Counted from the first letter of the stretch, positions 31,773 through 42,763 are shown. The stretch: DNA of 64,000 nt from Nitrospirota bacterium (GCA_963749655.1 CAVVOB010000015.1:32001-96000), one strand, 5' to 3'. Numbers and translations: made by a program. The notes: a model not told the origin generated them from the letters alone.

Positions 31773-32697
31773 ATGACGCAAATTCTAAGGTTAGGTTTGG
31801 CTGTTGCTGTACTGCTGTCCCTGTTCGGTTGTGTCACCACCAAGGAGTACAATGCACGGCTTGGCGATATCGGCGGATTGAAAAAAGACGTTGCCTCGCT
31901 TGAGGAAAAGCTGAAACAGACGGAAGCCGAAAAAGCGGCTGTCAGCGCCGATCTGGCCAAGCTGCAGAAAGAATACGATGATCTGAAGGAAGCAGAACAA
32001 GGCTCTCGAGGCCGACAATGCGACGCTGAATGACCTCCTCAAAGCGAAGAAGGGTGAATTGAGCGCGAAAATCAACGAACTTCTGGGCAGGCTGTCGGAG
32101 CGGGAGACGGCGCTCAATCAAAAGGACGCACAGATCGATGCTCTTTCAAGGCAGATTGCGGTCCTGAACCAGGAAAAGGAACAGGCGATCAAGGAGAAGG
32201 AAAAATCGATCGCCGAAATGAAAAAGACCTACGACAGCCTGATGGGTGAAATGAACGAGGAAATCAAGAAAGGCGAGATAACCATCACCCAGCTGAAGGA
32301 CAAGCTTTCCGTCAACCTTGTGGAAAAGATCCTCTTTGATTCGGGAAGCGCCGAGATCAAGAAGGAAGGGAAAAAAGTCCTTGACCGCGTTGCCGAGATC
32401 CTGGCAAAGGTGCTGGACAAGCAGATCAGGGTGGAGGGTTACACGGATAATGTGCCGATCAGTTCGAGGCTTGCCGCCAAGTTCCCGACGAACTGGGAGC
32501 TCTCAACTGCAAGGGCCACGACCGTGGCGCGTTATCTCCAGGACAAAGGCATCGACCCGAAGATCCTGAGCGCCTGCGGATATTCCGAGTACCGGCCCGT
32601 GGCCTTGAATGACAGTGACGAAGGAAGGGCGAAAAACAGAAGGATCGAGATCAGCCTGATACCGAAGGAGATTGACAGTGCGGGACCAAAGCAGTAA
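31773..32697 (+). CDS. OmpA/MotB-family peptidoglycan-binding lipoprotein with coiled coil; frameshifted
   Basis: GAGGAGG RBS, LFGC lipobox, coiled coil, ILFDSGSA, GYTDNVPI, NWELSTARA, NRRIEI. Confidence 0.85.
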
Positions 32698-32799
32698 GTG
32701 ATGAGTCGGGAGTCACGGAGGAACGGCTGAACGCGACCATGAGGCGGCTTTCCTTCGTGACTCTTTATCCTAACCCAGACAAGCCGGAAAAACTGCTTA

Positions 32800-32885
32800 G
32801 CCACAAAAATCACAAAAAACACGAAAGAAGACCAAAGTCAAAATCGTTTTGGGATTACTTCTGTGACTTATGTGCTTTTTGTGGC
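32800..32885. repeat. Short tandem inverted-repeat element (CACAAA units)
   Basis: GCCACAAAAATCACAAAAAACACGAAAG ... CTGTGACTTATGTGCTTTTTGTGGC. Confidence 0.6.
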
Positions 32886-32939
32886 AAAATATTCTTGCCT
32901 GTTTGAGAAGAATTGGATTTGCAACTGACTAAAGCGGCA

Positions 32940-33113
32940 ATTGGAACCGCAGATGATGATTTCGTAAAAAGGCTTAATCGCCAATGGGCAGTCATTCCGG
33001 CTTGTCCGGAATCGTTTTAGCCGCTCCCGTCAGGTGGTTCAGGGCTTTTGATATAAATCTCTGATGTATCCGTGTTCATCCGTGTTCATCAGTGGTTAAC
33101 TGCTTTATTCAGA
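32940..33113. repeat. Dispersed inverted-repeat element, paralogous to 39264..39416
   Basis: Shared ATTGGAACC.CAGAT left end, GGCTTTTGAT core and TATCCGTGTT.ATCCGTGTTCATCAGTGGTTAACTGCTTT right end. Confidence 0.7.
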
Positions 33114-33117
33114 TTTA

Positions 33118-34807
33118 TTAAACTTTCTTCACGATCCTGTTCAGCGTTATTTCAAAGGCCGCGCAGGGCATGGTTATCTGCGTGCGCTCCAGCACCTCGG
33201 GCCGCACTTCCCCGATGATTCCCAGTTCCGAACCGGACATCTTGATCCTGCCGCACCGTCCCGCAACAAAGAGCGGGTGGTCTGCCGGTTCGAGGGTGTA
33301 TTCGAGGCCGAGATAGTAGAGCAGAATATCGAGTGTCGAATGCATCTCCGAGAAATTCGCCGCCGGATGGGCGATCAGCGCGCCCAGATTCAGCTCGGTG
33401 CGCGACCCCATGTTCGCCTGTCGCGTCGAATATGGCCACGTCGCCCACCTCGAAGATACGATGGGGATAGAAAGCCTTCGAGCTTGCCGCTTCCACGCCC
33501 AGGAGCGACGGAATGATCCTGTTCCTGAGCACTGAATAGGCGAGGGACATGATATTGTCCACCTCGACCAGTCTTTCCCCTTCCCCCATTGCGTAGTCCA
33601 GTTCCTCGCGGGAGCAGAGGATGTTGGACATGATCTCCTGGAACCCCGAACCGATCAGGGTGTCCCGCACCGAGTCCGAAAGCAGCTCAATGTCCGAGAT
33701 CGCGCCGACCGTGGACTGCCGCGGCATCACCGGCTTGAAGGAGTCGTATCCCCTGCTGATCGCGTAATCCTCGACCAGGTCCACGGGATGCATGATGTCG
33801 TCCCGGTAGGGCGGCGACACGACGGTTACCGAGCCGCGCGACGTCGTCACCACGTGGCCGTAGGCCGTGAGCCTTGCCTTCACATCGTCGGGCGTCACTT
33901 CCTCGCCCAGGCCGGCTGAAAAACCGGAAAGCGGCACCTTGAACTTCCCTGACGTGTCTGCAGGGAACGCAACCCGCTTGCCGAATTCGGTGTCATAGGG
34001 ATAGCTCACGAGAACAGGCTCGATCTCGGCGCCGCGGTCGTAAAAACTCGCAGCCAGAATGTTGAGGGTCAGCACCGTCATGCGCATGTCCGTGCCCGTC
34101 ACCTCGATCAGCACGTTTCTGGTCTCGGGCTTCACCTCGCCGATCTCCCTGCTGTTGATGATCGGGGGGAACGAAAGCACCCGGTCCATGCTGTCGGTCA
34201 GGACAGGATACTCGGCAAAGGGTTTGACGATGCCCCCGTAGGCGATGCCTTTGGGATGACGCTCGAGAATCTCGGCCAGTGTCAGCTTCTCCTCCATCCC
34301 GAGGGGAGTAAACGATACGGAAGCAGGGGCGGCCAGCCGGTAATGGACGGGGAACATGATGCGGTCGAGTTCATAGATGCCGATCGACACGGTGGAGCGT
34401 TTCCTGCCGAAGATTTCCGCAAGCTTGTCCTGGCTCTGGATCATCTGGGTCAGGGTGTCTTCATTCATGCGGATGCCGCTGGCCGTGCACGCCGCGATAA
34501 AGGGGCGCACCGCCTTCATCCCCTTCGCGACGACGATCTCGCGCGTCGCCTTCCTGCCGTGGTCGAAGAACGGGTAGGTCTCGGGCTTCCCGGTCAGGGC
34601 GATCCGGATCTGGCGCGCAACGCCTTCGGCAGACCAGAGATCGGGCCGGTTGCTGTCCGACAGCTCGACCTTCATGTCGTCCGTCTCGGCGTTGTATTCC
34701 TTGAGCTCGGCCTTCGCCAGCATGAGCTTCTTCTCAAGTGCGTCGATGGTGAGCTTTTTGCCGATCAGGCCGTCGAGGTCGCGTTTTTTAATGTCTATTG
34801 TAGGCAT
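33118..34807 (-). CDS. pheT: Phenylalanine--tRNA ligase beta subunit, archaeal/eukaryotic type; frameshift near C-terminus
   Basis: MPTIDI start, NRPDLWSAEG, LSFPPIINS, PPYRDDIMHPVDLVEDYAI; C-terminus GEVRPEVL..AAFEI in 33118..33411. Confidence 0.93.
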
Positions 34808-34816
34808 TGTTTTTTA

Positions 34817-34971
34817 GCCACGAATTAACACGAATTTTCACGAATAGATCTAAACCTGACGTCAATTCATGCAATTCGTTACTCGTTATTAGATCAGATA
34901 CTTTTCCCGGATAACTATCTCATTACTGTCTTTTATGTTTTAAATTCGTGTCAATTCGTGAAATTCGTGGC
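34817..34971. repeat. Short tandem inverted-repeat element between pheS and pheT
   Basis: 3x CACGAAT on left arm and 3x ATTCGTG on right arm, ~9-10 bp period. Confidence 0.75.
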
Positions 34972-34998
34972 AAAACATTTTGAACTACCCGCTGCGAA

Positions 34999-36564
34999 TC
35001 ACCCCAGCTGGATCTTTTTCGTTCGGATAAAGTCCAAATCCCTCGAGAACAGATCGCGGATATCCTGGATCCCCAGCGCCACCATGGCCATGCGGTCGAG
35101 GCCCAGGCCCCAGGCTATCACCGGGACGTTCACGCCGAGCGGCACCGTAACTTCCGGCCGGAAAAGGCCCGCTCCGCCCAGTTCCATCCAGCCCAGCTTG
35201 GAGTGCTTCACGTGCAGCTCCACCGAAGGTTCGGTGAACGGAAAGTAGGCGGGCCGGAACTGGAACTCTCCCGCCTTTGCGATCTCCTGGCCGAAGAGCT
35301 TCAACAGCCCGAGGAGCGCCGTAAAATTAATGTCTTCGCCGAGGACGATGCCTTCCACCTGATAGAAGTCCGGGGCATGGGTGGCATCCACGGCGTCGTA
35401 GCGGAAGCACCGGGCGATGGAAAAATACTTCCCCGGGATCTTCGGACCCGACGCGAGCGTGCGCGCTGACACGGCGGTGCCCTGGCTCCTCAGGATGAGG
35501 CGCTTGGCCCGCTCCAGGTCGAAGGCGTAGCGCCAGCCCGTGGACCCCGTCTGGCCGCCGTCCTTGTGCGCTGCGGCGACCTTCTTTCCGAACGGCGCCT
35601 CGATCTCTTTGCTCCGGGAAGGCTCCTTGACGAAATAGACGTCATGGATGTTCCGCGCAGGATGGAACTGGGGCATGAAAAGTGCGTCCATGTCCCAGAA
35701 TTCGTTTTCCACGAGCGGGCCCCGCATTTCCTCGAATCCCATGCCGACGAACTTGTACTTCACGAAGTCGAGGAACTCACGGTACGGATGCTTCCGGCCG
35801 ATGCTCTGGCGCGGCGGCTTGAGGGCGATATTGTAGGCCCGGAACTTTTTGTTCTTCCACGAACCCTGCTTCAGCATCTCCGGGGTGAGCACCGACAGCT
35901 CCTCGCCGGTTTCGCCCCGCTCCTTCAGCTGCGCCAGGAGCGCCTTGCCCGCTGCAGACAGGGAATAGGACCGGTTCTTCTTGTCGGTGATGCGGAAGAT
36001 GCCTTTCGACTTCCCCCGCTTGTGGAAATTGGATTGAATGGCAGGCTGTTCCAGGTTGGAAAAAGAGGAAAGATCGGAGGATTGTTTCCCACCGACGCTC
36101 CTGATGAGTGTTGACAGGAATTCATAGGCTGAGAGGTCGGCTCCGGCGGAGAGTTCCAGAATGCCGCCCTGAACGATCTGCACGGTCTTCGCTTCCTTGA
36201 GCGCGCCGACCGCGGAGCTCACTTCGGACGGATCCATTCCCCAGGTCTGGATGATGTCCTTGACGGTAAGCTTCCTGCCCTCGCGGAGCGCATTGATGAT
36301 CCGAATTTCAGGAGTTCCTTTTTCAAGGTACTCCTTTCCTGTTTCCGTGAGACTGACGAGGGAGGTCGTGGATATTTCCTGGACCTCGAGCAGCCCTTTG
36401 GTCTGGAGCCAGCCTGAAGCCATGTCGAGGCGCGATTCATCGAGGCCGGCGGCGCTCAGGAGGCCGGGCGAGGTCAGGGTTTGTTCCTTCTGAAACGCGA
36501 GAATGACCTTGATTTCCAGCGGATGGAGACTTTCGATGAGTGACTTCTGCTCAGAATCGTTCAT
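34999..36564 (-). CDS. pheS: Phenylalanine--tRNA ligase alpha subunit, archaeal/eukaryotic type
   Basis: DALFMPQFHPAR, RCFRYDAVDATH, YFPFTEPS, GAGLFRPEV, AWGLGLDR; 521 aa with long N-terminal extension. Confidence 0.95.
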   Translation of the reverse strand: MNDSEQKSLIESLHPLEIKVILAFQKEQTLTSPGLLSAAGLDESRLDMASGWLQTKGLLEVQEISTTSLVSLTETGKEYLEKGTPEIRIINALREGRKLTVKDIIQTWGMDPSEVSSAVGALKEAKTVQIVQGGILELSAGADLSAYEFLSTLIRSVGGKQSSDLSSFSNLEQPAIQSNFHKRGKSKGIFRITDKKNRSYSLSAAGKALLAQLKERGETGEELSVLTPEMLKQGSWKNKKFRAYNIALKPPRQSIGRKHPYREFLDFVKYKFVGMGFEEMRGPLVENEFWDMDALFMPQFHPARNIHDVYFVKEPSRSKEIEAPFGKKVAAAHKDGGQTGSTGWRYAFDLERAKRLILRSQGTAVSARTLASGPKIPGKYFSIARCFRYDAVDATHAPDFYQVEGIVLGEDINFTALLGLLKLFGQEIAKAGEFQFRPAYFPFTEPSVELHVKHSKLGWMELGGAGLFRPEVTVPLGVNVPVIAWGLGLDRMAMVALGIQDIRDLFSRDLDFIRTKKIQLG

Positions 36565-36652
36565 AAGATGCGGATAAGATTACGTTGATTGCCGATTTTT
36601 GTCAAGAAAAAACAGATTGACGGGCGTCGGAACGGTGTGCTAAGGTACGCTC

Positions 36653-37063
36653 ATGACGAACCACAAGACCAGACCGAGGCTGAGCTACACGCTGCTCTGC
36701 GACGACGTGCGCCAGGAGCTGGGCGGAAAATTCAGCCTCATGGGGCTGTTCGAAAGCATCTCGGCCGGGGTCTTCCCCGCCACCCATCACCGCTTCGCCA
36801 TCATAAACGAATGGACAGGGGGACGGGGAGAGTTCACGACCAGCATCAGACTGCTCGCGCCGGACCGCGAGCAGGTACTCTCGGATACCACGTCGCGCTT
36901 TCAACTCTTCAATGAAGGGCAGCGGCACCGGGATATTTCAGTCCGCTTCAATACGACGTTCAAGGTCCCCGGGACATACTGGATCGAAGTGCTGATTGAC
37001 GGCGAGCAGGCGGGCATGGTCGCCCTCCCGGTCCAGATGATCACCGAACAGACGGTCCACTAA
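36653..37063 (+). CDS. DUF6941-like hypothetical protein
   Basis: LLCDDVRQE.GGKFSLMGLF, F..PGTY beta-sandwich pattern. Confidence 0.7.
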   Translation: MTNHKTRPRLSYTLLCDDVRQELGGKFSLMGLFESISAGVFPATHHRFAIINEWTGGRGEFTTSIRLLAPDREQVLSDTTSRFQLFNEGQRHRDISVRFNTTFKVPGTYWIEVLIDGEQAGMVALPVQMITEQTVH

Positions 37064-37205
37064 CAGGCTGTTGAAAAATATTTTGAAGACCTCAGCCGTC
37101 ATTCCTGCGCAGGCAGGAATCCAGTGTTCTTAATATGATTCTGCTGGATGCCAGCCTTCACTGGCATGACGAAACTTGTCGCGCTTGAGCTTTTTCAACA
37201 ACCTG
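37064..37205. mobile_element. MITE with IS5-like ends carrying a REP-like doublet
   Basis: TIRs CAGGCTGTTGAAAAA / TTTTTCAACAACCTG (14/15 match) flanked by CTAA direct repeats; internal GTCATTCCTGCGCAGGCAGGAATCCAG..CTGGATGCC..GGCATGAC. Confidence 0.75.
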
Positions 37206-37264
37206 CTAAGCCCTTCCGATGGCAGCTGCTCGTCTGCCCTGAAATCGCGCTATCCCCCGTAACG

Positions 37265-37954
37265 TCACTCCAGCGTAACGATCGTTTCGCTCCCGAGCTT
37301 TGCCCGAATGTCTTTCTGAAGTTTTTCCGCAGACTCCTTGTTCGTGAAGCTGCCCACCCGCACCCGGAACCATTTCCCCTTGCCCGACACTTCCGATGCA
37401 ACGACAAAGGCCGCGAAACCGTCCTGCTTCAATCTTTTCACATCCTGTTCCGCGGAATCCCGGTCCTGGTGCGAGGACACCTGGATCGTGTAGCGTATTT
37501 TCGAGGACGCGGGCTTTGCCAGAGCTACTTTCTTCTCCTGTGCAACCTGTGTTTTTACGGTCTTTTGCTTCGCAGGCTCCGATGGCGCGGCCTTCTTCTC
37601 GATTCCTGCTTCCCTGTTCTTTTCCGCAGGATGTTGGGCCTTTGTCGATTCCGCTTCAACTGCCTGTTTCTTCTCCGCCTTGGCGTCTGAATCCGGGGTC
37701 TTAGGCTTGAGATCGATAGATACGGTTTTGTTGTCTTTTCCCGTCAGCGTTTTATAAAACGTGAAATCTTCCGGCTTGGGCAGATTCTTCGACACCACGT
37801 CGGGCAACGGCGGCAGATTTTCCCCCGGTGTCGCCTGCTTGGCCTGATAGCGCCCCACGTAGTAGCCCAGGAGGAAAAAACCCGCCATCAGGGCCACGCC
37901 TGCCGGGATAAGGATCAGATTAGATATAATGCCGCCGCGCTCGTTCTTCTTCAT
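37265..37954 (-). CDS. SPOR domain-containing cell division protein (FtsN/DedD-like)
   Basis: N-terminal TM, FTFYKTL, Lys/Pro linker, YTIQVSS..WFRVRVGSF. Confidence 0.88.
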   Translation of the reverse strand: MKKNERGGIISNLILIPAGVALMAGFFLLGYYVGRYQAKQATPGENLPPLPDVVSKNLPKPEDFTFYKTLTGKDNKTVSIDLKPKTPDSDAKAEKKQAVEAESTKAQHPAEKNREAGIEKKAAPSEPAKQKTVKTQVAQEKKVALAKPASSKIRYTIQVSSHQDRDSAEQDVKRLKQDGFAAFVVASEVSGKGKWFRVRVGSFTNKESAEKLQKDIRAKLGSETIVTLE

Positions 37955-38072
37955 GGTCCTCCCTCGTGTCAGTTAACAGTTTTGAGTTAATAGTGTTTAG
38001 TTGCAACCCGAAACTCAAAACTAAGGACTCAAAACTCTTGTCCTCTTTGCCCTATGCCCTTTGCTCTATGCT

Positions 38073-39114
38073 CTATGCTATAAACATCGCATCGCCGTAA
38101 CTATAGAACCGGTAGCGTTCCCCTATGGCCGCCCGGTAAGCCGACAGGATCCGTTCCCTGCCGCCGAATGCCGACACCAGCATGAGCAGCGTCGACTTGG
38201 GAAGATGAAAATTCGTGATCAACCCGTCCGTTGCGCGAAACCGGTATCCGGGATAGATGAACAATTCCGACTGCCCTGCGCCGGCAGCGACGCCTTCGGG
38301 CGTGAATGCCGATTCGATCGTCCGCACGCTCGTGGTCCCCACGGCAATGACGCGTCTGCCCTCGTGTTTCGCGCGGTTGAGGGCCGCAGCCGCTTCCGGG
38401 GACACCTCGTATTGTTCGGCCAGCATCCGGTGCTCCGTGATCCGCTCCACCCGGACAGGCTGAAACGTTCCCGGCCCCACATGGAGCGTGACGGTAATGA
38501 CTTCGACGCCCTTGCGCGCCAGCGAAGAAAGAAGCTCGCTGCTGAAATGAAGCCCCGCCGTGGGCGCAGCAACGGCGCCTTCCTGGGAAGCGTAGACGGT
38601 CTGATACCGCTCGCGGTCGGCCTCCGAAGCCTCACGGGTTATATAGGGAGGAAGGGGGACCTTCCCCACCTGCTGCAGCAGCGAGCGGATATCGTCGCTG
38701 CCGTGAAAACGCACTCTCCGCGTGCCTTCCCGCTGTTCTCCGGCGATTTCCGCCTCCACCCCCGGCGAGATCTGGAGCCTTGTACCCGGCTTCAGGCGGC
38801 CCTTGACCAGGGCGTCCCAGAGATTGCGCTCCCGTTCTGCAAGAAGGAAGACTCTCGGCTTTCCCGCCTCCCGGCTTGATTGCTGCCAGCCTGCAGGGAA
38901 AAACCTTTGTGTTGTTCAGAACAAGCAGGTCCCCTGAATTGAGATAGGAAGGAATGTCTGAAAAGACCCTGTGCTCCAGGGAGTCTGATCCGCGCTGCAC
39001 GACCATCAGCCGGGACGCGTCCCGTTTTGCCGATGGTTCCTGCGCTATCAGTTCCTGGGGGAGATCGAAGTCAAAATCGGAAAGCCGGAGATGTTCCTGG
39101 GCAAGAACGGTCAT
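38073..39114 (-). CDS. queA: S-adenosylmethionine:tRNA ribosyltransferase-isomerase; frameshifted
   Basis: DFDFDLPQELIAQ, LNNTKV, PLPPYI, AAPTAGLHF, TLHVG, AVGTT, TNFHLPKSTL, YSYGDAM. Confidence 0.95.
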
Positions 39115-39263
39115 GGCCGGATATTACCATACTGCGGCCTCGCGCCGCAACTGAACAAATACGCTGCCGGTCCGGGGCGAAGAACGGCAAGGACCGGGTG
39201 ATGCATCGGCCTCAACCTTTGGACAACGTTGACGACTATTCGGCCTATCATCCTCAGTACCGC

Positions 39264-39416
39264 ATTGGAACCACAGATTAACACAGATGAAAAACAAAAT
39301 CAGGAACATACATCATTTCGGTGTCGCACCCGCCTGGTGAATCAGGCTTTTGATTTAACTTTCGGATTTATCCGTGTTTATCCGTGTTCATCAGTGGTTA
39401 ACTGCTTTTTTCAGGA
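39264..39416. repeat. Dispersed inverted-repeat element (CACAGAT/ATCCGTG units)
   Basis: AACCACAGATTAACACAGATGAA ... ATCCGTGTTTATCCGTGTTCATCAGTGGTT. Confidence 0.72.
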
Positions 39417-39456
39417 TAAGCGGCAATAGTGAATCGCTGACGTCCTGCTTGTGACG

Positions 39457-40641
39457 TTATTCCAGCGATTGCCGCCATTCCCGCTGAAATTCGTCGTAGG
39501 AAATGAGGAACGAGTCGTTCACCGCCTTGCCGGTATTCGCGCCTGCGGCGAGGCTGTCCAGCATGGCCTTGACCCGGTACATGCCGAAGGAATCGACCGC
39601 ATACCGTACCGACGATAGACTCAGGAGATAGGCGTACATGGCCTGATTCGCTTCCAGCTTTGCGAAGGAGCCTTCGAGGGCCGAGAGAGGGGGGACCTTA
39701 CCCGACTGCATGAGCCTCTTCAGCATCCCCTGCTGATGGCCGTCGATTTCACGGCCTTCGAAATACTGGGCAAGACCTTCGTTGAGCCAGGTGGGGCATC
39801 GCGGTGTTATGGCGCGCACAACGGCATGGGTATATTCGTGGTAAAGCAGGCCCTTCAGTCCCGGCGTTTCTTCGTTGATTCCGCCGACAGGGATGCGGAT
39901 CTTGCCGTCGTAGATTCCTCCGCTCCATCCCGGAGCGTCAGTCACTTCCTGGAACTGCTTGCCCGTATACAGGATCACCTGGATTTCACGGTCGGGATAG
40001 TATGACAGCGCTTTTCCAATCTCGCCGTATGCGTCTTCGAGGATCCGGAGCACGATCCTTCCTGCTTCTATCTTTTCTCTGCCCTCGTACTTCGTCAGGA
40101 AATGACTGGTCACGTCGCGGTTGAAGTCCTTTTCCGCACCGTGCTCTTTTCTGATGCGGTCGAGCCGCGCCTTTATCTGCCCGTCCGAAGGATTCAGCGC
40201 GAGCGCTTTTTCCCAATACGCCGCCGCGGTTTCAAGATCGTCCTTGCGATAATAAAGCTCGCCGAGCACCTGATAGGCCGTTCCCTCCTTCGGGCTGAGC
40301 TCGATCACGCGGTTGAGTTCCTGCTCCGCGTACCGGTCGTCATGCAAATGAAAGTACACCATCCCGAGTCCGAGGTGGGCGGCAAAATCGGCATCATAAT
40401 ACCGGAGCGCCTCCTCGAATAAGTCCCGTGCGGTCTCATAACTGCCGTTCTTCAGCTGCTCCATGCCGTCGCGGACGTGGCGGGAATAGGTGTTCTGTTC
40501 GGCAGTTCCGGCGGACACCGATACGGGAGCTACCAGCAGAGTAAAAATAAGTCCGATTAAATGTGCTTTCACGCGCTGATGAGCAAGCATTCGCATATTT
40601 TCCGGTATATCCCTTCTCACTTCCGGCTTCTGACCACTCAA
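39457..40641 (-). CDS. TPR protein with peptidase MA-like metallopeptidase domain
   Basis: TPR helices, HEYTH zinc motif, WLNEGLAQY. Confidence 0.85.
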   Translation of the reverse strand: MSGQKPEVRRDIPENMRMLAHQRVKAHLIGLIFTLLVAPVSVSAGTAEQNTYSRHVRDGMEQLKNGSYETARDLFEEALRYYDADFAAHLGLGMVYFHLHDDRYAEQELNRVIELSPKEGTAYQVLGELYYRKDDLETAAAYWEKALALNPSDGQIKARLDRIRKEHGAEKDFNRDVTSHFLTKYEGREKIEAGRIVLRILEDAYGEIGKALSYYPDREIQVILYTGKQFQEVTDAPGWSGGIYDGKIRIPVGGINEETPGLKGLLYHEYTHAVVRAITPRCPTWLNEGLAQYFEGREIDGHQQGMLKRLMQSGKVPPLSALEGSFAKLEANQAMYAYLLSLSSVRYAVDSFGMYRVKAMLDSLAAGANTGKAVNDSFLISYDEFQREWRQSLE

Positions 40642-41036
40642 TCTTTCATGACCTTCACCATCACCCGCCGGTCCCGCGGGCCGTCGAATTCGCAGAAGAA
40701 CACCGCCTGCCAGGTCCCCAGAGCGAGACGTCCCTCTTCTACCAGAACGGTCTGCGAAATCCCCACCAGGCTCGACTTGATGTGAGCAGCCGAATTGCCT
40801 TCCGTATGGCCGTAATGGTCTTCAAAAGGGATGATCTTGTTCAGCTCCTTCAGCATGTCGCGTCCGACATTGGGGTCGGAATTCTCATTGATCGTGACAG
40901 CCGCCGTCGTATGGGGAACGTAAATGTGACATGCACCTGACCGGATGCCGCTCTCGGCAACGAGCCGCTGCACCCCCTGTGTGATGTCCACCAGTTCCGT
41001 TCTGGAATTCGTCTTCACCCTGAGCTGTTTGATCAT
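40638..41036 (-). CDS. yjbQ: YjbQ/UPF0047 family protein (secondary thiamine-phosphate synthase)
   Basis: PHTTAAVTINEN.DP, NSAAHIK, LGTWQ, EFDGPR. Confidence 0.92.
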   Translation of the reverse strand: MIKQLRVKTNSRTELVDITQGVQRLVAESGIRSGACHIYVPHTTAAVTINENSDPNVGRDMLKELNKIIPFEDHYGHTEGNSAAHIKSSLVGISQTVLVEEGRLALGTWQAVFFCEFDGPRDRRVMVKVMKD

Positions 41037-41082
41037 GCAAACCCTCCGATTTCAATTCCACATTCCGCAATCCGTAATTTTG

Positions 41083-42720
41083 CTACGGTTCAATTCCCAC
41101 GTCTTCGCGTCCTCTCCCCCGCTTCTCCTCGACGATCGGGAAGATAATATGGGTAATGAGGGAATTGATGCGCGCCAGGTTCCCGATGAGGTCCAGGTGG
41201 ATATGGCTTGTTTCGATGGATTCACGCAGTCCCTTGCGAAGCCGGTCGAAATGGGCCTGCACCAGTTCGCGCTCCATGATTGCCAGGTCCTCTTTGTTGC
41301 GGAGCACACGGTCTGCAAGATCACGGTCATTGCCTGCAAAGGCCGACACGGCGACATCGAAATTTTCGACCGTTTTTTTGTGGAATGAGATCATCTCGTC
41401 CATCCCCTCCGTGGAGAAGGTGATCCCCTTGTTGATCCGCTTGAGGGCGAGGGGCATGATGTTGCGGTCGATGATGTCGCCGATGCTTTCCATGTTCCGG
41501 GCCATTTCGAGAACGGCCATGGCCCTCCGCGACTGGGATTCCGTCAGACGGGAAGACGACAGCCTTGTGATATAAAGCCGGATGTGGCGGTCAAGCAAAT
41601 CGATGAGATTGTCCTTGTTCTTGATTCTGTCAATGATGCCGGATTCGTCGCTTTGAAAAGCGTTGAGGGAATCGACGAGCATCTCCCGCACAATGTCGGA
41701 TTCGCGCAAGGCCTCCCGCGAAGCCTGTCCAAGCGCGAGGGCAGGCGTGCCGAGCACGTGATCGTCCAGGTACATGGGACCGAACTTCTTTTCCTCCGCT
41801 TTTTCCGGCACCAGTTTCACGATCAGGCGGGAGAACAGCCCGGTGAAGGGAAGGAAGACGAGCGCCATGATGACGTTGAACAGCGTATGGGCATTCGCGA
41901 TCTGTCGGCTCAGGTCAGATGCTGTGAACGAAACGAGGTGGGTGAAGGGTCCGAGGAACGGCAAAAAGAGAATGACGCCGAAGGTCTTGAACAGCACATG
42001 CGCCCAGGCGACGCGGCGTGCTTCGGACGGGGAACGGAGGCTTGCGAGAAACGCCGTGGCGCAGGTGCCGATGTTCGCACCGAGAATGATGTTGATCGAG
42101 GCGTCGAGCGGGATCAGGCCCGCTGATGCAAGAACGAGGGCGATGCTCATGGTCGCCGCGCTGCTGTGGATGAGGGCGGTGATCCCGGCCGACAGAACGA
42201 TCCCCGGAACGGGCGATCCGGTCAGGGCGATGATGACCTGCCGGAACAGCTCATTTCCCTGAAGCGGGGCCATGGCCTCGGTCATGATCTTGAGCGACAG
42301 GATGACGAACCCGAAACCCAGCACCCCCTGCCCCGCGTTCCTGACCAGCTGCTTCTTCGTAAACAGCGTGAAGACCAGGCCTATGCCGATCAGCAGGACT
42401 GCGTAGTCCGTGACGTGAAAGGCGATGAGCTGGACCGTGAGCGTGGCGCCTATGTCGGCGCCGAGGATGACGGCCAGGGTCTGGCGAAAGTTCATGAGCC
42501 CCGCGCTCACGAATCCCACCAGCATGACCGAGGTTGCGCTGCTCGACTGGATCAGACCGGTGATAAACGCGCCGCTGCCCACGGCGGCCAGCCGGTTGCT
42601 CGTGAGGGAGCGGAGAAGCGAGCGGATCCTCGATCCGGCGGCATTCTGGAGCCCGTCGTTCAGAAGCTTGATGCCGTACAGGAGCAGGAGGACTCCGCCG
42701 AAGAGACTGAACAGGATCAT
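41083..42720 (-). CDS. Na/Pi cotransporter family protein with PhoU domains
   Basis: IQSSSAT, GADIG/GANIGT repeats, ANAHTLFN, E.IGD PhoU-like tail. Confidence 0.92.
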   Translation of the reverse strand: MILFSLFGGVLLLLYGIKLLNDGLQNAAGSRIRSLLRSLTSNRLAAVGSGAFITGLIQSSSATSVMLVGFVSAGLMNFRQTLAVILGADIGATLTVQLIAFHVTDYAVLLIGIGLVFTLFTKKQLVRNAGQGVLGFGFVILSLKIMTEAMAPLQGNELFRQVIIALTGSPVPGIVLSAGITALIHSSAATMSIALVLASAGLIPLDASINIILGANIGTCATAFLASLRSPSEARRVAWAHVLFKTFGVILFLPFLGPFTHLVSFTASDLSRQIANAHTLFNVIMALVFLPFTGLFSRLIVKLVPEKAEEKKFGPMYLDDHVLGTPALALGQASREALRESDIVREMLVDSLNAFQSDESGIIDRIKNKDNLIDLLDRHIRLYITRLSSSRLTESQSRRAMAVLEMARNMESIGDIIDRNIMPLALKRINKGITFSTEGMDEMISFHKKTVENFDVAVSAFAGNDRDLADRVLRNKEDLAIMERELVQAHFDRLRKGLRESIETSHIHLDLIGNLARINSLITHIIFPIVEEKRGRGREDVGIEP

Positions 42721-42763
42721 GGACGTACTATGCCCAATTTTGCGCCGCCCGTCAAGTCAATCT

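Noticed and set aside
31773-32697. MotB-like protein as part of the motor system
   Set aside because: It is a lipoprotein without the MotB TM helix, has no adjacent MotA and lies ~24 kb away; this is a common OmpA/MotB family type
32800-39416. Clustered short repeats as a possible CRISPR array
   Set aside because: Units are 7-10 bp, arranged as inverted arms without 30-40 bp unique spacers, and there are no cas genes
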